Shown here: positions 8,144-18,365 of the stretch, in pieces
Position numbering within the stretch: the first letter of the stretch is position 1
How the letters are laid out: each line of letters begins with the position of its first letter
Origin: a bacterium
GTDB taxonomy: Bacteria; UBA8248
NCBI GenBank assembly: GCA_965219955.1
Contig: OZ244799.1
Location: 960,001-1,024,000, forward strand
DNA: 64,000 bases
Direction of reading: 5' to 3'
Notes under the pieces: generated by a model
What the model saw: only the letters and a program-made list of their open reading frames with translations
Databases searched by the model: none
Told to the model about the DNA's origin: nothing
Made by a program: the position numbers and the translations under genes

Positions 8144-9883
8144 ATGTTGAAATTCTACGGCAAGATGATTTTCCCCCTCATCCTGATCCTGGCGGGATGC
8201 GCGCCCCTGGAGCCCGAGGTGAAGCCCGCCGCGCCTGCGCCCGCCCTCAAGCTGCGCCCGCCTTCAGGCAAAGTCAAGGAAACGTCAAAGTCCTATTTCC
8301 ACTTCATCGCCGGGTACCGCGAAGAGATGGCCGGAAACCTCAAAGAAGCGGAATCGTCTTATTCTCAAGCGGTCAGAAACAACCCGGATTCCTCTTTTTT
8401 GTCGACGCGCCTCGCATCGCTTCTCGTCCGCCGGGGGAAGCTGGACGAGGCCGAAAAATTCGCCCTCAAGGCGACGACGCAGAATGAGAAGAACCTCGAG
8501 GCCCACTTCGTGCTGGGGGGCATCTATGCTTCGCGGACGAAGCTGGAGAAGGCCGTCGCCACCTATACCGAGTTGCTGAAAATGAGCCCCGATCACCAGG
8601 AAACCCGCCTGCTCCTGGGCAGCGTCTACCTGGATCTGGGCAAGTTTGCCGAAGCCGCCGAGACGCTGGAAGTCCTGGTCAAGTCGGGGAAGAGGCCCGT
8701 GCTCGGCAGGTACCATCTGGCGCAGGCCTATGCGGGCTTGAAAAAATACGCCGAGGCGGAGAGGGAAATATTCAAACTCCTGGAGGGACAGCCTGGATTC
8801 ACGCGGGGATTGCTTCTTCTCGCCAGAATCTATGAAGTTCAGGAAAAATTCGACGAGGCGGAAGCGACCTACAAAAAAGCGCAAAAAATCGAACCCGACA
8901 ACCGGCTCATTCGCTCTCGCCTGGGGCAGCTCTATATCCGGAAAAAGAATATGAAGCAGGCTCTGGAGGAGTTCAAAGTGCTCGGCTCGAAGGAGCCCGA
9001 TAACGTGAATGTGCACCGAACCCTCGGCTTTTTGAACTTTGATCAAAGAGAGTACCAGGAGGCGCTTCAGGAATTTCGATTCGTCCTGGCGAGGACCCCG
9101 AAAGACGAAATGGTCCGCAAGTATGTTGCGAGGATTTATGAAGAACTGAAGCAATATGAGCGCGCCGAGGAGGAGCTTCTCGAATTACTGGCGCTGTTTC
9201 CCAAGTCGCTGGACGGACACATCCAACTCGCCTGGTTGTACATCGACCAGAAAAAATGGAAGGAGGCGAGCGGGATTTTGGAGAAAGCCGTAAAACACCA
9301 CCCCGAGCAGGGGCGGGTGCATTATACGCACGGTTTGCTCCTGTCCAGACAAAAGAAATTCGTCGAGGCTCTGCCCTACGTTCAAAGAGCGGTGAAGCTG
9401 GAGCCCGAACGAGAGGGTTATTTGTATTCTCTCGCCTCGGTGTCATATGAATTGAAGCGCTGGGACGACGTGGAAACGGTGACGAGAAAGATCATTCAAA
9501 AGAACCCGAAGCATGCCAACGCCCTGAACCTGCTGGGCTATATGTTCTCCGAGCTGGACAAGAACCTCGATGAGGCGGAAAAACTACTGGATCGCGCCTT
9601 GGCGATCGAGCCGGAAAACGCCGCTTTTCTCGACAGCATCGGGTGGATTTATTATCGCCAGCGCCGCTTTCAGGAAGCGCTCGTGAAAGTGCGGCACGCG
9701 GCGACGAAGATGCCGAAAGACGCCGTGATCCTCGAACACCTGGGCGATATCTTTCTCGCCTTGCACGACCTCGAAAACGCGCTTCTTCACTGGAAACGCG
9801 CCTCCGAGGCGGATCCGGAAAACGAGAAATTGAAGAAAAAGATTCGGACGCATCTCTCCAAACACAAAAAACCCCTCATGTAG
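8144..9883 (+). CDS. TPR-repeat lipoprotein
   Basis: Lipobox LAGC, many TPRs, C-terminal NALNLLGY...LDSIGW...EHLGD typical of the TPR gene upstream of lolB/ispE. Confidence 0.85.
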   Translation: MLKFYGKMIFPLILILAGCAPLEPEVKPAAPAPALKLRPPSGKVKETSKSYFHFIAGYREEMAGNLKEAESSYSQAVRNNPDSSFLSTRLASLLVRRGKLDEAEKFALKATTQNEKNLEAHFVLGGIYASRTKLEKAVATYTELLKMSPDHQETRLLLGSVYLDLGKFAEAAETLEVLVKSGKRPVLGRYHLAQAYAGLKKYAEAEREIFKLLEGQPGFTRGLLLLARIYEVQEKFDEAEATYKKAQKIEPDNRLIRSRLGQLYIRKKNMKQALEEFKVLGSKEPDNVNVHRTLGFLNFDQREYQEALQEFRFVLARTPKDEMVRKYVARIYEELKQYERAEEELLELLALFPKSLDGHIQLAWLYIDQKKWKEASGILEKAVKHHPEQGRVHYTHGLLLSRQKKFVEALPYVQRAVKLEPEREGYLYSLASVSYELKRWDDVETVTRKIIQKNPKHANALNLLGYMFSELDKNLDEAEKLLDRALAIEPENAAFLDSIGWIYYRQRRFQEALVKVRHAATKMPKDAVILEHLGDIFLALHDLENALLHWKRASEADPENEKLKKKIRTHLSKHKKPLM

Positions 9884-9968
9884 GGATATCCGTTCTTTGA
9901 GCAGTTGGCTGCGCCCGTTGACTCTCGCCCGGAATTTCCAGACTTCTCTCACCGGGGACTTTTGATTT

Positions 9969-10808
9969 TTGCGAGCTTTGCGTCTTTGTCTGGCATTTTT
10001 ATGTTGCGCCCTGGCCGGTTGCGCGCTCTTTCAGACCCGGCAAGCCGGGGAAGTCCCGCCCCGCGACGCGTCACCGGCGGAAATTATCGCCGAACTCAAA
10101 GCGAGGCGATCTCCCCGCGCGTACCGGGGCGCCGTATCCATGCAGCTGCGGTTTCACGGCAACCGGGCGGGAGCGGGAGTCACGAACCCCCTGGTTCCCC
10201 AGGGTTCGTTTTCCGGCCATGCGGCGCTCGTGCTGCGCGAACCCGACTCGCTGCGAATCGAACCCCTCTCCCCGTTCGGGACGCCCCTGGTCGTCGTCGT
10301 CGCGCAAGGCGCCTCGTTCCGCGCCTATTCTCCCTCCCGGAACACGGTATACATGGGCAGGACGAACAGGCAGGGAATCGAGCGGATTTTGGGAATTCCG
10401 CTGAACAGCGAAATTGTCATCAAGCTGTTGCTGGGAGATTGGGCCGCTGTGCTGGGGGGCGAGGAAAACCTGGATCTGAAGAAATCGGGCTCCGTCTACC
10501 TGCTGGAGACGAGGAGGGAATCCGGAGGAGTGGCCTCGGGTTTCGCCGAATTGGAGCCGCGCGGTTTGCATCCGGTGAAAATGGGTATCCGCACGCAGCG
10601 GGGAACGATTGCGGTTCGCTATGGCGGCTTTGTCAAAAACGGGGGCGTGTGGCGGCCGGCGCAGGTGGAGATTCTGGGGCCTGGCGGGAAGAACCGGCTC
10701 CACATCTCCTATCCCGCGGATGAGGGCGCGGGGAAGGCGGCGCTTCCGGACGAACTGTTCCGCCTGGAGCCGCCCCGGGGCGCCAGAACGCTGTGGCTGG
10801 GAGGATAA
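9969..10808 (+). CDS. Lipoprotein of LolB-like/DUF4292 type
   Basis: Lipobox LAGC; PDSLRIEPLSPFGTP motif; position between TPR gene and ispE. Confidence 0.6.
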   Translation: MRALRLCLAFLCCALAGCALFQTRQAGEVPPRDASPAEIIAELKARRSPRAYRGAVSMQLRFHGNRAGAGVTNPLVPQGSFSGHAALVLREPDSLRIEPLSPFGTPLVVVVAQGASFRAYSPSRNTVYMGRTNRQGIERILGIPLNSEIVIKLLLGDWAAVLGGEENLDLKKSGSVYLLETRRESGGVASGFAELEPRGLHPVKMGIRTQRGTIAVRYGGFVKNGGVWRPAQVEILGPGGKNRLHISYPADEGAGKAALPDELFRLEPPRGARTLWLGG

Positions 10809-10816
10809 GCCGTCTC

Positions 10817-11704
10817 ATGAGCGGTAAAGACGTTTCCGGACCCGTGGTTTTGAAGACGCCTGCGAAGCTCAACCTGTGCCTGAGGATTCTGGGTCTGCGC
10901 GCCGACGGCTATCACGAACTCATCACGTGGATGCAGCAGATATCGCTGTACGATGAGGTTCGAATCGAGCCGGGCGGCAAGAGGATTCTCGTTTATGCGG
11001 ATCGGGATGATGTTCCCGGCGGCAGGGAGAACATCGTGCATCGCGCGGCGAGGGCCTTGAGAGCGGCATCGGGGCGCAAAGGACTCGGCGCGCGCATCCA
11101 TCTGAAGAAGAACATCCCCGCGGGCGGGGGTCTGGGCGGGGGGAGTGGCAACGCGGCGGGAGCGCTCTGGGCGCTGAATCGGGCCTGGGGCCTCGGGATG
11201 CGCAAGGCGGAACTCTGCGAAGTGGCCGCGCGGGTCGGTTCGGACGTTCCGTTCTTTCTCCATGGGCCGGCGGCGGTGTGCCGGGGGCGGGGCGAGCGAG
11301 TCGAGGCGAAAGAAGCCCTGAAGAGCGGCTGGTTCCTGCTGGTCAAGCCGCCCGTGGCCTTATCCACGCAGGACGTCTATGGCTGGTCTCGTCAAAAACT
11401 GGGCCGGGAAGAACAGAATGACGAAGGGAAAAACGGCCCGGCGCGTCTCGGGCGGTATGAATACGGCAATGATTTGCAGGAAATCGTTTTTCCAAGATTT
11501 CCGGAACTTGAGAGCCTGTGCGGCGTGCTCGTTCGACATGGCGCCGCAAGGGCGATGATGAGCGGCAGCGGTTCGACGGTTTTCGGTATTTTTCGCCGAA
11601 AAGGGGAGGCCGAGCGGGCGGCGATCCGTATCAGGAAAAGCGAAAAGGGAAAGGAATGCGAATGTTTTCTCGCGGCCCCACTCCAGGAGATGTGTTTTCA
11701 ATAA
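10817..11704 (+). CDS. ispE: 4-diphosphocytidyl-2-C-methyl-D-erythritol kinase
   Basis: PAKLNLCLRI, DGYHEL, KNIPAGGGLGGGSGNAA, GSDVPFF, MSGSGSTVF. Confidence 0.95.
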   Translation: MSGKDVSGPVVLKTPAKLNLCLRILGLRADGYHELITWMQQISLYDEVRIEPGGKRILVYADRDDVPGGRENIVHRAARALRAASGRKGLGARIHLKKNIPAGGGLGGGSGNAAGALWALNRAWGLGMRKAELCEVAARVGSDVPFFLHGPAAVCRGRGERVEAKEALKSGWFLLVKPPVALSTQDVYGWSRQKLGREEQNDEGKNGPARLGRYEYGNDLQEIVFPRFPELESLCGVLVRHGAARAMMSGSGSTVFGIFRRKGEAERAAIRIRKSEKGKECECFLAAPLQEMCFQ

Positions 11705-11848
11705 AAAAAATCGAAAAAAGGGGTAAAAGTTCTAAAAAAATGGGAAATGGAGGGAATTTCGCCTCTCGCCACTTGCCTCCGCCTGGAAAATCAAGTATCA
11801 AAAATCGCCCTATGTGATTGAATGAACAATACCATGTGAGCAGGAACG

Positions 11849-12793
11849 GTGAACGGACATCAGCTAAAGGTATTTGGCGGGCGCTCGAATCCGGCTCTGA
11901 ACCAGAGTATTTTTGATTCGTTGTACATCCGGCCCGGCTCGGTTGAAATCATCGATTTCAGCGATGGAGAAACGTTTGTCCGAATCAACGAGAACATCCG
12001 GGGCGCGGACGTATTCGCCGTGCAGAGCCTTTGCACCCCCGGCAATGCGAATCTGATGGAAATGCTCATCATGCTCGATGCGTTCCGGCGCTCATCCGCC
12101 GAGCGCATCACCGCGGTGATTCCCTATTTCGCATACGCCCGCCAGGACCGGAAGGTGCAGCCCAGGGTGCCGATTACCGCGAAACTCGTCGCCAACCTGC
12201 TGGCCGCCTCGGGTGCGGACAGGGTCATCGCCATGGATTTGCATGCGGGCCAGATACAGGGGTTTTTCGATATCCCCGTGGACCATCTGTACTCGGCGCC
12301 CATCATGATAGAGTATTTCAAGAAGAAGGAATTGAAGGATTTGGTGGTCGTATCGCCCGACGCCGGAGGCGTGGAGAGAGCCCGGGACTACGCGCGAAGG
12401 CTGAACGCGGGCCTGGGCATCATCGACAAGCGGCGCGAGCGGGCGAACCACTCGGAAGTGATGAACATCATCGGCGACGTGAAAGGATGCGACGTTCTGG
12501 TCGTGGATGATCTTTGCGATACGGCGGGCACCATAAGCCAGGGCGCCGATGCGCTCATGGCGGCCGGCGCGCGGCAGGTATACGCATGCTGCACGCACGC
12601 GGTGTTGTCGGGTCCGGCGGTGGAGAGAATCGAGAAATCGGGCATCGTCGAATTCGTCGTGAGTGATTCGATACCGCTTTCGGATAAAGCGAGAGGCTGC
12701 TCTCGCATTCAGGTCCTGGAGGTGGGGAGGCTTCTGGCCGAGGCGATCCGGCGGATCCACGAGAATGCTTCCGTGAGCAGCTTGTTCGAATAA
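11849..12793 (+). CDS. prs: Ribose-phosphate pyrophosphokinase
   Basis: FSDGE, YARQDRK, DLHAGQIQGFF, VSPDAGGVERA, VDDLCDTAGT. Confidence 0.97.
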   Translation: MNGHQLKVFGGRSNPALNQSIFDSLYIRPGSVEIIDFSDGETFVRINENIRGADVFAVQSLCTPGNANLMEMLIMLDAFRRSSAERITAVIPYFAYARQDRKVQPRVPITAKLVANLLAASGADRVIAMDLHAGQIQGFFDIPVDHLYSAPIMIEYFKKKELKDLVVVSPDAGGVERARDYARRLNAGLGIIDKRRERANHSEVMNIIGDVKGCDVLVVDDLCDTAGTISQGADALMAAGARQVYACCTHAVLSGPAVERIEKSGIVEFVVSDSIPLSDKARGCSRIQVLEVGRLLAEAIRRIHENASVSSLFE

Positions 12794-12826
12794 CTATTCT
12801 GGTCGACGGCATATCTGGAGCGAAAA

Positions 12827-13504
12827 ATGGAAAATTTATCACTCTCGGTGGATAAGAGAGCACTAACGGGAAAAAGTGGCGCCCGTGCGGTGAGAAGAGC
12901 CGGCAGCATACCGGGCGTCGTGTACGGGATAAAGGATTCTACGCCTTTGGCCATTCCGCCACAGGAACTGGAGGCCCTGCTCGGCACGAGGGCCGGCGCC
13001 AACGTCGTATTCCAGCTCAACGTGGAGGGGGAAACCGCCTCGGAGCGTCCGGTTATCGTAAAGGAGCTTCAGCGCGACCCGATGAGGGGCGACATCATCC
13101 ATGCGGATTTTCTGGAAATCCGGATGGACGAGAAGATAGAGATCGCCGTGCCTCTCTCCCTGTCGGGTGAATCGCCCGGAGAGAAAATGGGCGGAACGAT
13201 TTCTCAACTGCTGCGCGAACTGGAGGTATCCTGTCTGCCGAACGCCATCCCGGAACAGATCGAGGTCGATATTTCGGAGGTGGAAATTGGCGACGTTCTC
13301 CACGTGCGCGATCTGCAAATTCCCGCAGGCGTTGAGCTGGTGGCCGACCCCGATGATCCCGTCATGACGGTAATCGTTCCTGTGGAAGAGGAAGAAGAAG
13401 TGGAAGAGGATGAATTGCTTGTCGGCGAAGCCGAAGGAGAAGAAGGGGCGGAGGCCGAGGCTTCAGACGATGAAGGGGACAAGCCGGCTGATTCTTCCGA
13501 CTGA
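12827..13504 (+). CDS. rplY: 50S ribosomal protein L25/Ctc
   Basis: GKSGARAVRRAGSIPGVVYG, HADF, C-terminal Ctc domain and acidic tail. Confidence 0.93.
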   Translation: MENLSLSVDKRALTGKSGARAVRRAGSIPGVVYGIKDSTPLAIPPQELEALLGTRAGANVVFQLNVEGETASERPVIVKELQRDPMRGDIIHADFLEIRMDEKIEIAVPLSLSGESPGEKMGGTISQLLRELEVSCLPNAIPEQIEVDISEVEIGDVLHVRDLQIPAGVELVADPDDPVMTVIVPVEEEEEVEEDELLVGEAEGEEGAEAEASDDEGDKPADSSD

Positions 13505-13549
13505 TGGTTCTTCTTGCAGGGAGCCGGTGAAAATGAAACCGGGATTCGA

Positions 13550-14095
13550 ATGGCTGCTGCTGTCTTGATCGTCGGTCTTGGCAATCCCGGGATAGAGTAT
13601 GCGTTGACGAGGCACAACCTGGGGTTCTGGGCGGTGGATAGAATGGCCCGCGCCCATCGCGTATCGATGAATGATACGAAATACCATTCCGTCCTGGGAA
13701 GCGGGTCGCTCAGGGGCTGGAAATTCATGCTCGCGAAGCCGCAGACGTATATGAATTTGAGCGGCAAGGCGGTGCGGGCGCTCCTGCTTGGGGAAGGGCT
13801 GGCGCCTGAGCAACTGCTTGTGATGCACGACGACATGGATATCGAACTCGGTCGTGTGAAGTACAAGAAATCGGGTGGAGACGCGGGCCATCACGGCATC
13901 GGCAGCATCATCCACTCATTGGGAACGGACGCGTTTTCTCGTCTGCGCATCGGGGTGGGCAGACAGCCGGGTGGAGTGAACGGCGCGGATTGGTTGTTGG
14001 ATTCTTTTCTCGATCATGAACTCGAAGCAGTGGAACCTGCTGTTGATGAGGCGGTGAGGCGGGCGTTTGATTTTGTTGTCGGCAATAGACCCTGA
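13550..14095 (+). CDS. pth: Peptidyl-tRNA hydrolase
   Basis: VGLGNPG, TRHNLGF, KPQTYMNLSG, HDDMD, RLRIGVG. Confidence 0.95.
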   Translation: MAAAVLIVGLGNPGIEYALTRHNLGFWAVDRMARAHRVSMNDTKYHSVLGSGSLRGWKFMLAKPQTYMNLSGKAVRALLLGEGLAPEQLLVMHDDMDIELGRVKYKKSGGDAGHHGIGSIIHSLGTDAFSRLRIGVGRQPGGVNGADWLLDSFLDHELEAVEPAVDEAVRRAFDFVVGNRP

Positions 14096-14176
14096 ATCCG
14101 TCTTTTTCATTGCAAAATGCAAGTCCATCTTAATACCTCTCGCTAAACAGCCCGTGAGGAGGAGGAAAGGAAGATA

Positions 14177-16174
14177 ATGGTTGCTTTCTCAAACATGGCC
14201 GCAGTCTTCGGGATTGCGGGATTGGTTCTGGCGGCGGCGATTTACAGTTGGATTTCCAAACAATCCGACGGCAACGATCTGATGCGGAAACTCGCCGGCC
14301 AGATTCATGAAGGCGCAATGGTGTTCCTGAAAAGGGAATACAAGATTCTCGCGATTTTCGTTGTGGTCGTCTTCGTGCTTCTGAGCGTCGCCATATCCGC
14401 GAAAACGGGTATCGCCTTCATCGTCGGCGCCATCTGCTCGGTCCTCGCCGGATTTTTCGGCATGAACGCGGCCACGAAGGCGAACGTGAGAACGGCGGCG
14501 GCGGCGAATTCGGGCGGTGGTCAGGCGGGCGCGCTTTCCATGGCGTTCTTCGGCGGAACCGTCATGGGTCTTTCCGTCGCGAGCCTGGGGCTTTTGGGCG
14601 TGGGCGTGTTGTTCTGGTATTTCGACGTGCTGGGGAACGCGGCGAACGTGACCATCATCAGCGGCTTCTCGATGGGGGCGAGCTCCATCGCGCTGTTTGC
14701 GCGTGTGGGCGGCGGCATTTTCACGAAAACGGCGGACGTGGGCGCGGACCTCGTCGGCAAGGTGGAGGCGAACATTCCCGAGGACGATCCGAGGAATCCC
14801 GCCGTCATCGCCGACAACGTGGGCGATTGCGTGGGCGACGTCGCCGGCATGGGCGCCGACCTGTTCGAATCCTACGTCGGCGCCATCATCTCGACGATAT
14901 TCATCGGCTCGACCATCGGCGTCACCCTGGGCGCGAACAGCGCGGCGGCGATGGCGCTGCCCCTGCTGCTCGCCATGATGGGTCTCATCGCCTCCTCGGT
15001 AGGCATCGCCTCGATGAAGGTGCTGGCCTCGAAAAACCCGGCCGTCGCCCTCAGGAGCGCCACCGGAATCGCGACGGTCATATTCATCATCCTGGCTTTT
15101 TTCGTCACCAGCACGCTGGGCCTGAATAACGGCGTGTTCGGCTCGGTTCTCTTCGGCGCGGCGGGTGGCGTCCTCATCGGCTGGCTCACCGAGTATTACA
15201 CCGGAACGGGCGGAAAGCCCGTCGGCGAAATCGTCGCCGCATCCGAGACCGGCGTGGCGACGAACATCATCGGCGGCTTCGCCGTGGGTCTCGAGAGCGT
15301 GTGCGCTCCCCTGCTCGTATTGGCGGTGATTACCCTGGTTTCGAACGGCTGGGCGGGGCTCTACGGCATTTCCATCGCCGCAGTCGGAATGCTGGCGACC
15401 ATCGGCATCACGATGTCGGTCGATGCGTATGGCCCGATTGCCGACAACGCGGGCGGGATCACGGAAATGAGCGAGTTGGGGCCGGAGACGCGGAAGATCA
15501 CCGACGGCCTCGACGCGCTGGGCAACACCACGGCGGCCATCGGCAAGGGATTCGCCATCGGCTCCGCCGCCCTGACGGCGCTGGCTTTTTACGCCGCGTA
15601 CACGAAAGCGGCCGACCTGCAGCAGATCAACCTCACCGAGGCGAAGGTGGTGGCCGGCATGTTCATCGGCGGGGCGATTCCGTTCCTCATCGGAGCGCTC
15701 ACCATGAAATCCGTCGGCAAGGCCGCCTTCATCATGATCCAGGAGATCAGGCGTCAGTTCCGCGAGATTCCCGGCATCATGGAGGGAACGGCGGACCCCG
15801 ACAGCGCGCGCTGCGTCGACATCAGCACCCAGGCCGCTCTCAAGGAGATGGTCCTCCCCGGCGTTGTGGCCGTGGTCGCGCCCATCGTGGTGGGCTATCT
15901 GATGGGCAAGGAAGCGCTTGGCGGCATGCTCGCCGGCGCTCTGCTCTCGGGCGTTCTCGTCGCCTTGCTGATGGCGAACGCGGGCGGCGCCTGGGATAAC
16001 GCGAAAAAAGAGATAGAAGACGGCAAGCTCGGCGGCAAGGGCTCCGAGGCCCACAAGGCGGCGGTCGTGGGCGATACGGTGGGAGACCCGATGAAGGATA
16101 CCTCGGGCCCCTCGATGAACATCCTGATCAAGTTGATGTCCATCGTCTCCCTCGTGTTGGCGCCGCTGTTCTAG
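14177..16174 (+). CDS. hppA: Membrane-bound pyrophosphatase, K+-dependent, probably Na+-translocating
   Basis: [32 protein letters not shown] (Ala, K+-dependent type), [17 protein letters not shown]. Confidence 0.93.
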   Translation: MVAFSNMAAVFGIAGLVLAAAIYSWISKQSDGNDLMRKLAGQIHEGAMVFLKREYKILAIFVVVVFVLLSVAISAKTGIAFIVGAICSVLAGFFGMNAATKANVRTAAAANSGGGQAGALSMAFFGGTVMGLSVASLGLLGVGVLFWYFDVLGNAANVTIISGFSMGASSIALFARVGGGIFTKTADVGADLVGKVEANIPEDDPRNPAVIADNVGDCVGDVAGMGADLFESYVGAIISTIFIGSTIGVTLGANSAAAMALPLLLAMMGLIASSVGIASMKVLASKNPAVALRSATGIATVIFIILAFFVTSTLGLNNGVFGSVLFGAAGGVLIGWLTEYYTGTGGKPVGEIVAASETGVATNIIGGFAVGLESVCAPLLVLAVITLVSNGWAGLYGISIAAVGMLATIGITMSVDAYGPIADNAGGITEMSELGPETRKITDGLDALGNTTAAIGKGFAIGSAALTALAFYAAYTKAADLQQINLTEAKVVAGMFIGGAIPFLIGALTMKSVGKAAFIMIQEIRRQFREIPGIMEGTADPDSARCVDISTQAALKEMVLPGVVAVVAPIVVGYLMGKEALGGMLAGALLSGVLVALLMANAGGAWDNAKKEIEDGKLGGKGSEAHKAAVVGDTVGDPMKDTSGPSMNILIKLMSIVSLVLAPLF

Positions 16175-16273
16175 TGAAAGCGGGGGTCTGAAGCGAAGTA
16201 AAAAATTTTGAGGCGTCTTTTGAGACGCTATGGCCTGCCGGGGGCAAGTGTGCTAACCTCCGGCCATTATTGG

Positions 16274-16327
16274 CTCCTCGCTCCGGTCGACACGGGCCGG
16301 GGCCGCTCAGTCCGGGAGGAGGACGAG
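16274..16327 (+). promoter_or_regulatory. S6:S18 ribosomal protein leader RNA
   Basis: CTCCT (16274-78) can pair with SD AGGAG (16317-21); inner stem 16280-88/16295-303 followed by CCG; directly upstream of rpsF. Confidence 0.7.
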
Positions 16328-16732
16328 ATGAGACAGTACGAAACGATGGTTTTGCTGTCCCCCGAACTCACCGACGAAGCCGTGGACGAGAAGATCGCCG
16401 GTTTCGAAAAAAAGGTGACCGAGGGGGGCGGAGAAGTTCTGAACGTGGATCGATGGGGCAAGAAGCGCCTCGCCTATCCCATCAACCGCCAGCGTCACGG
16501 CATCTACTTCATCGTCACATATCATTCGGAATCGGAAGTCGTGGCGGACATCGAGCGCGATATGCGCATCGATGAAGAGACGTGGCGCTACATGACGGTG
16601 CGGATGGATGAAGCCCTCCTGAGAAAGCTCGAGAAAAACGCAAAAAGCGCTGCCGCCAGGGAAAGAGAGGGGGATTCCGAGGGTGGTGATTCTCCACGCC
16701 GGCCCGCGACCGCCTCTTCGAGCGATTCGTAA
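16328..16732 (+). CDS. rpsF: 30S ribosomal protein S6
   Basis: MRQYETM, WGKKRLAYPI. Confidence 0.95.
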   Translation: MRQYETMVLLSPELTDEAVDEKIAGFEKKVTEGGGEVLNVDRWGKKRLAYPINRQRHGIYFIVTYHSESEVVADIERDMRIDEETWRYMTVRMDEALLRKLEKNAKSAAAREREGDSEGGDSPRRPATASSSDS

Positions 16733-16749
16733 ATCGTGGGGGTATCGTT

Positions 16750-17172
16750 ATGGCTCAGATGAATTCCGTTTATCTTCGAGGCAACATGACGCGCGATCCG
16801 GAAAAACGGTTTCTGCCTTCCGGGAATTCCGTGGTTTCTTTCGGGTTCGCGGTCAACCGGCGGTATCGCAGCGGAGAAGAGTGGAAAGAAGACACGTGCT
16901 TCGTGGACGTCGTAGTCTACGGACGCCAGGGCGACTGGGTGATGGAGCAGACGGGCAAGGGCAGCCCGCTCGTGGTGGAAGGGCGCTTGAGTTTCCGTTC
17001 CTGGGAAGCGCAGGACGGTTCGAGGCGCAGCAAGCACGAGGTGGTGGCGCAAAACGTCCATTTCCTGACCACCCGGGGCGAAACGACGGGAGGCGGCGGG
17101 TCGAGGAGCACGGAATCCTACGCGCCGCCGCCGCAGGACTCGCCCATGACGGATGACGACATCCCGTTTTGA
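16750..17172 (+). CDS. ssb: Single-stranded DNA-binding protein
   Basis: GNMTRDPE, VEGRL, C-terminal DDDIPF. Confidence 0.97.
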   Translation: MAQMNSVYLRGNMTRDPEKRFLPSGNSVVSFGFAVNRRYRSGEEWKEDTCFVDVVVYGRQGDWVMEQTGKGSPLVVEGRLSFRSWEAQDGSRRSKHEVVAQNVHFLTTRGETTGGGGSRSTESYAPPPQDSPMTDDDIPF

Positions 17173-17207
17173 CATCGAAAATTGTTGATCAGCTTTAGGA
17201 GACAGAT

Positions 17208-17477
17208 ATGGCGCTTGTTCCCCGTGGATTCGGCGATAAGAAGAGAAAGAGAAAAAAGCGTTTTCAGCGAAAGAAGATATGCCGCTTCTCGGCGGACGGC
17301 GTGGCGTATATCGACTACAAGGACGTGAAAACGCTTCGGAACATGGTGAGTGAGCGGGGCAAAATCATTCCCCGCCGCGTGACCGGCACCTCCGCCCGCT
17401 TTCAGCGGCAGTTGACGACGGCGATTAAGCGCGCCCGCTACATGGCGTTGATGCCCTATACCGTAGACCATTCATAG
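17208..17477 (+). CDS. rpsR: 30S ribosomal protein S18
   Basis: [22 protein letters not shown]. Confidence 0.96.
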   Translation: MALVPRGFGDKKRKRKKRFQRKKICRFSADGVAYIDYKDVKTLRNMVSERGKIIPRRVTGTSARFQRQLTTAIKRARYMALMPYTVDHS

Positions 17478-17493
17478 TCGGAGATTCTGAACG

Positions 17494-18162
17494 ATGCGCT
17501 TGATATTGCGTAAGGACATAGAACATCTCGGAGAGGTGGGAGACGTCGTCGAAGTAGCCGACGGCTACGGGCTCAACTACCTCATTCCGAAAGGCCTGGC
17601 GCTTCACGCCACGGCGAGCACGGTGCGCGCGACGCAGCATGAGCAGCGGTTGCGGGAAGCGCAAATCCAGGCGGCGAAACGAAGCGCGCAGGATTTTGCG
17701 GGCGAATTCTCAGGTGTCGAGGTTGAATTCTCGATGCGCGTAGGCGCGGACGCCAGGCTGTTCGGCTCGGTGACGAATCGGATGATCGAGGACGCCCTGC
17801 AGGAGAAGGGTCTCGAGGTGAACCGCAGGAGAATCGTTCTGGAAGAGCCGATTAAAAAGGTCGGCACTTACGACGTCGACATCCGGCTGCACCAGGAAGT
17901 CAGAGCGTCGGTGCAGGTGAAGGTGATGCCCGATGAGGCGTCCCTGGCGGCTGCGGCCGAGGCGGAAGAAGCCGCTGAGGCGGAGACGGAAGAGGGAGCT
18001 GCCGCAGAAGCGGCGGAAGCCGCAGAGGCTGCGGATGGGGAGCAGGCCGAAGCGGAAGCGACGGCGGAGGCGACCGATGCCGCTCAAGAGGAAGTGCCTG
18101 CGGAAAACCGGGACGCGGAAACCGGGGAAGAGGCAGAAACCGGGGAAGAGAAAGCCGACTAG
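17494..18162 (+). CDS. rplI: 50S ribosomal protein L9 with acidic C-terminal extension
   Basis: LGEVGDVVEVADGYGLNYLIPKGLA, LFGSVT. Confidence 0.95.
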   Translation: MRLILRKDIEHLGEVGDVVEVADGYGLNYLIPKGLALHATASTVRATQHEQRLREAQIQAAKRSAQDFAGEFSGVEVEFSMRVGADARLFGSVTNRMIEDALQEKGLEVNRRRIVLEEPIKKVGTYDVDIRLHQEVRASVQVKVMPDEASLAAAAEAEEAAEAETEEGAAAEAAEAAEAADGEQAEAEATAEATDAAQEEVPAENRDAETGEEAETGEEKAD

Positions 18163-18225
18163 CGTTTCGCATACCCGGTCGTTTCCCGGTGTATGATGGC
18201 AAGGCCAAGGATTTCATAGAGATAG

Positions 18226-18257
18226 AAGGGGCAGCCGAAAACCGGCGCCCCTTTTTT
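18226..18257 (+). terminator. Putative Rho-independent terminator after rplI
   Basis: AAGGGGCAGCCG-AAAAC-CGGCGCCCC followed by a T run. Confidence 0.6.
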
Positions 18258-18365
18258 CCTTTGAATTCGGTAAATACGGTTTCTGGCGTTTTGATCTTGG
18301 CTCCATCTGATGTAAACTAACGATCTCGCCCGTTCTTTCCACTTAGCAGACATCGGAGTTTTGAA

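Noticed and set aside
11705-11848. tRNA-Gln often found between ispE and prs
   Set aside because: No T-loop or cloverleaf; the region is A-rich with only a possible TTGCCT-17-TATCAA promoter.
14189-16054. Long antisense ORFs (also 5632-6792, 18837-20504, 27420-28907, 33365-34894, 39514-41241, 41570-42979)
   Set aside because: Shadow frames opposite well-supported genes, expected from high-GC codon bias; no motifs.
18163-18260. Small RNA between rplI and dnaB
   Set aside because: Only a TGnTATGAT-like box and a terminator; explained adequately as the operon terminator region.
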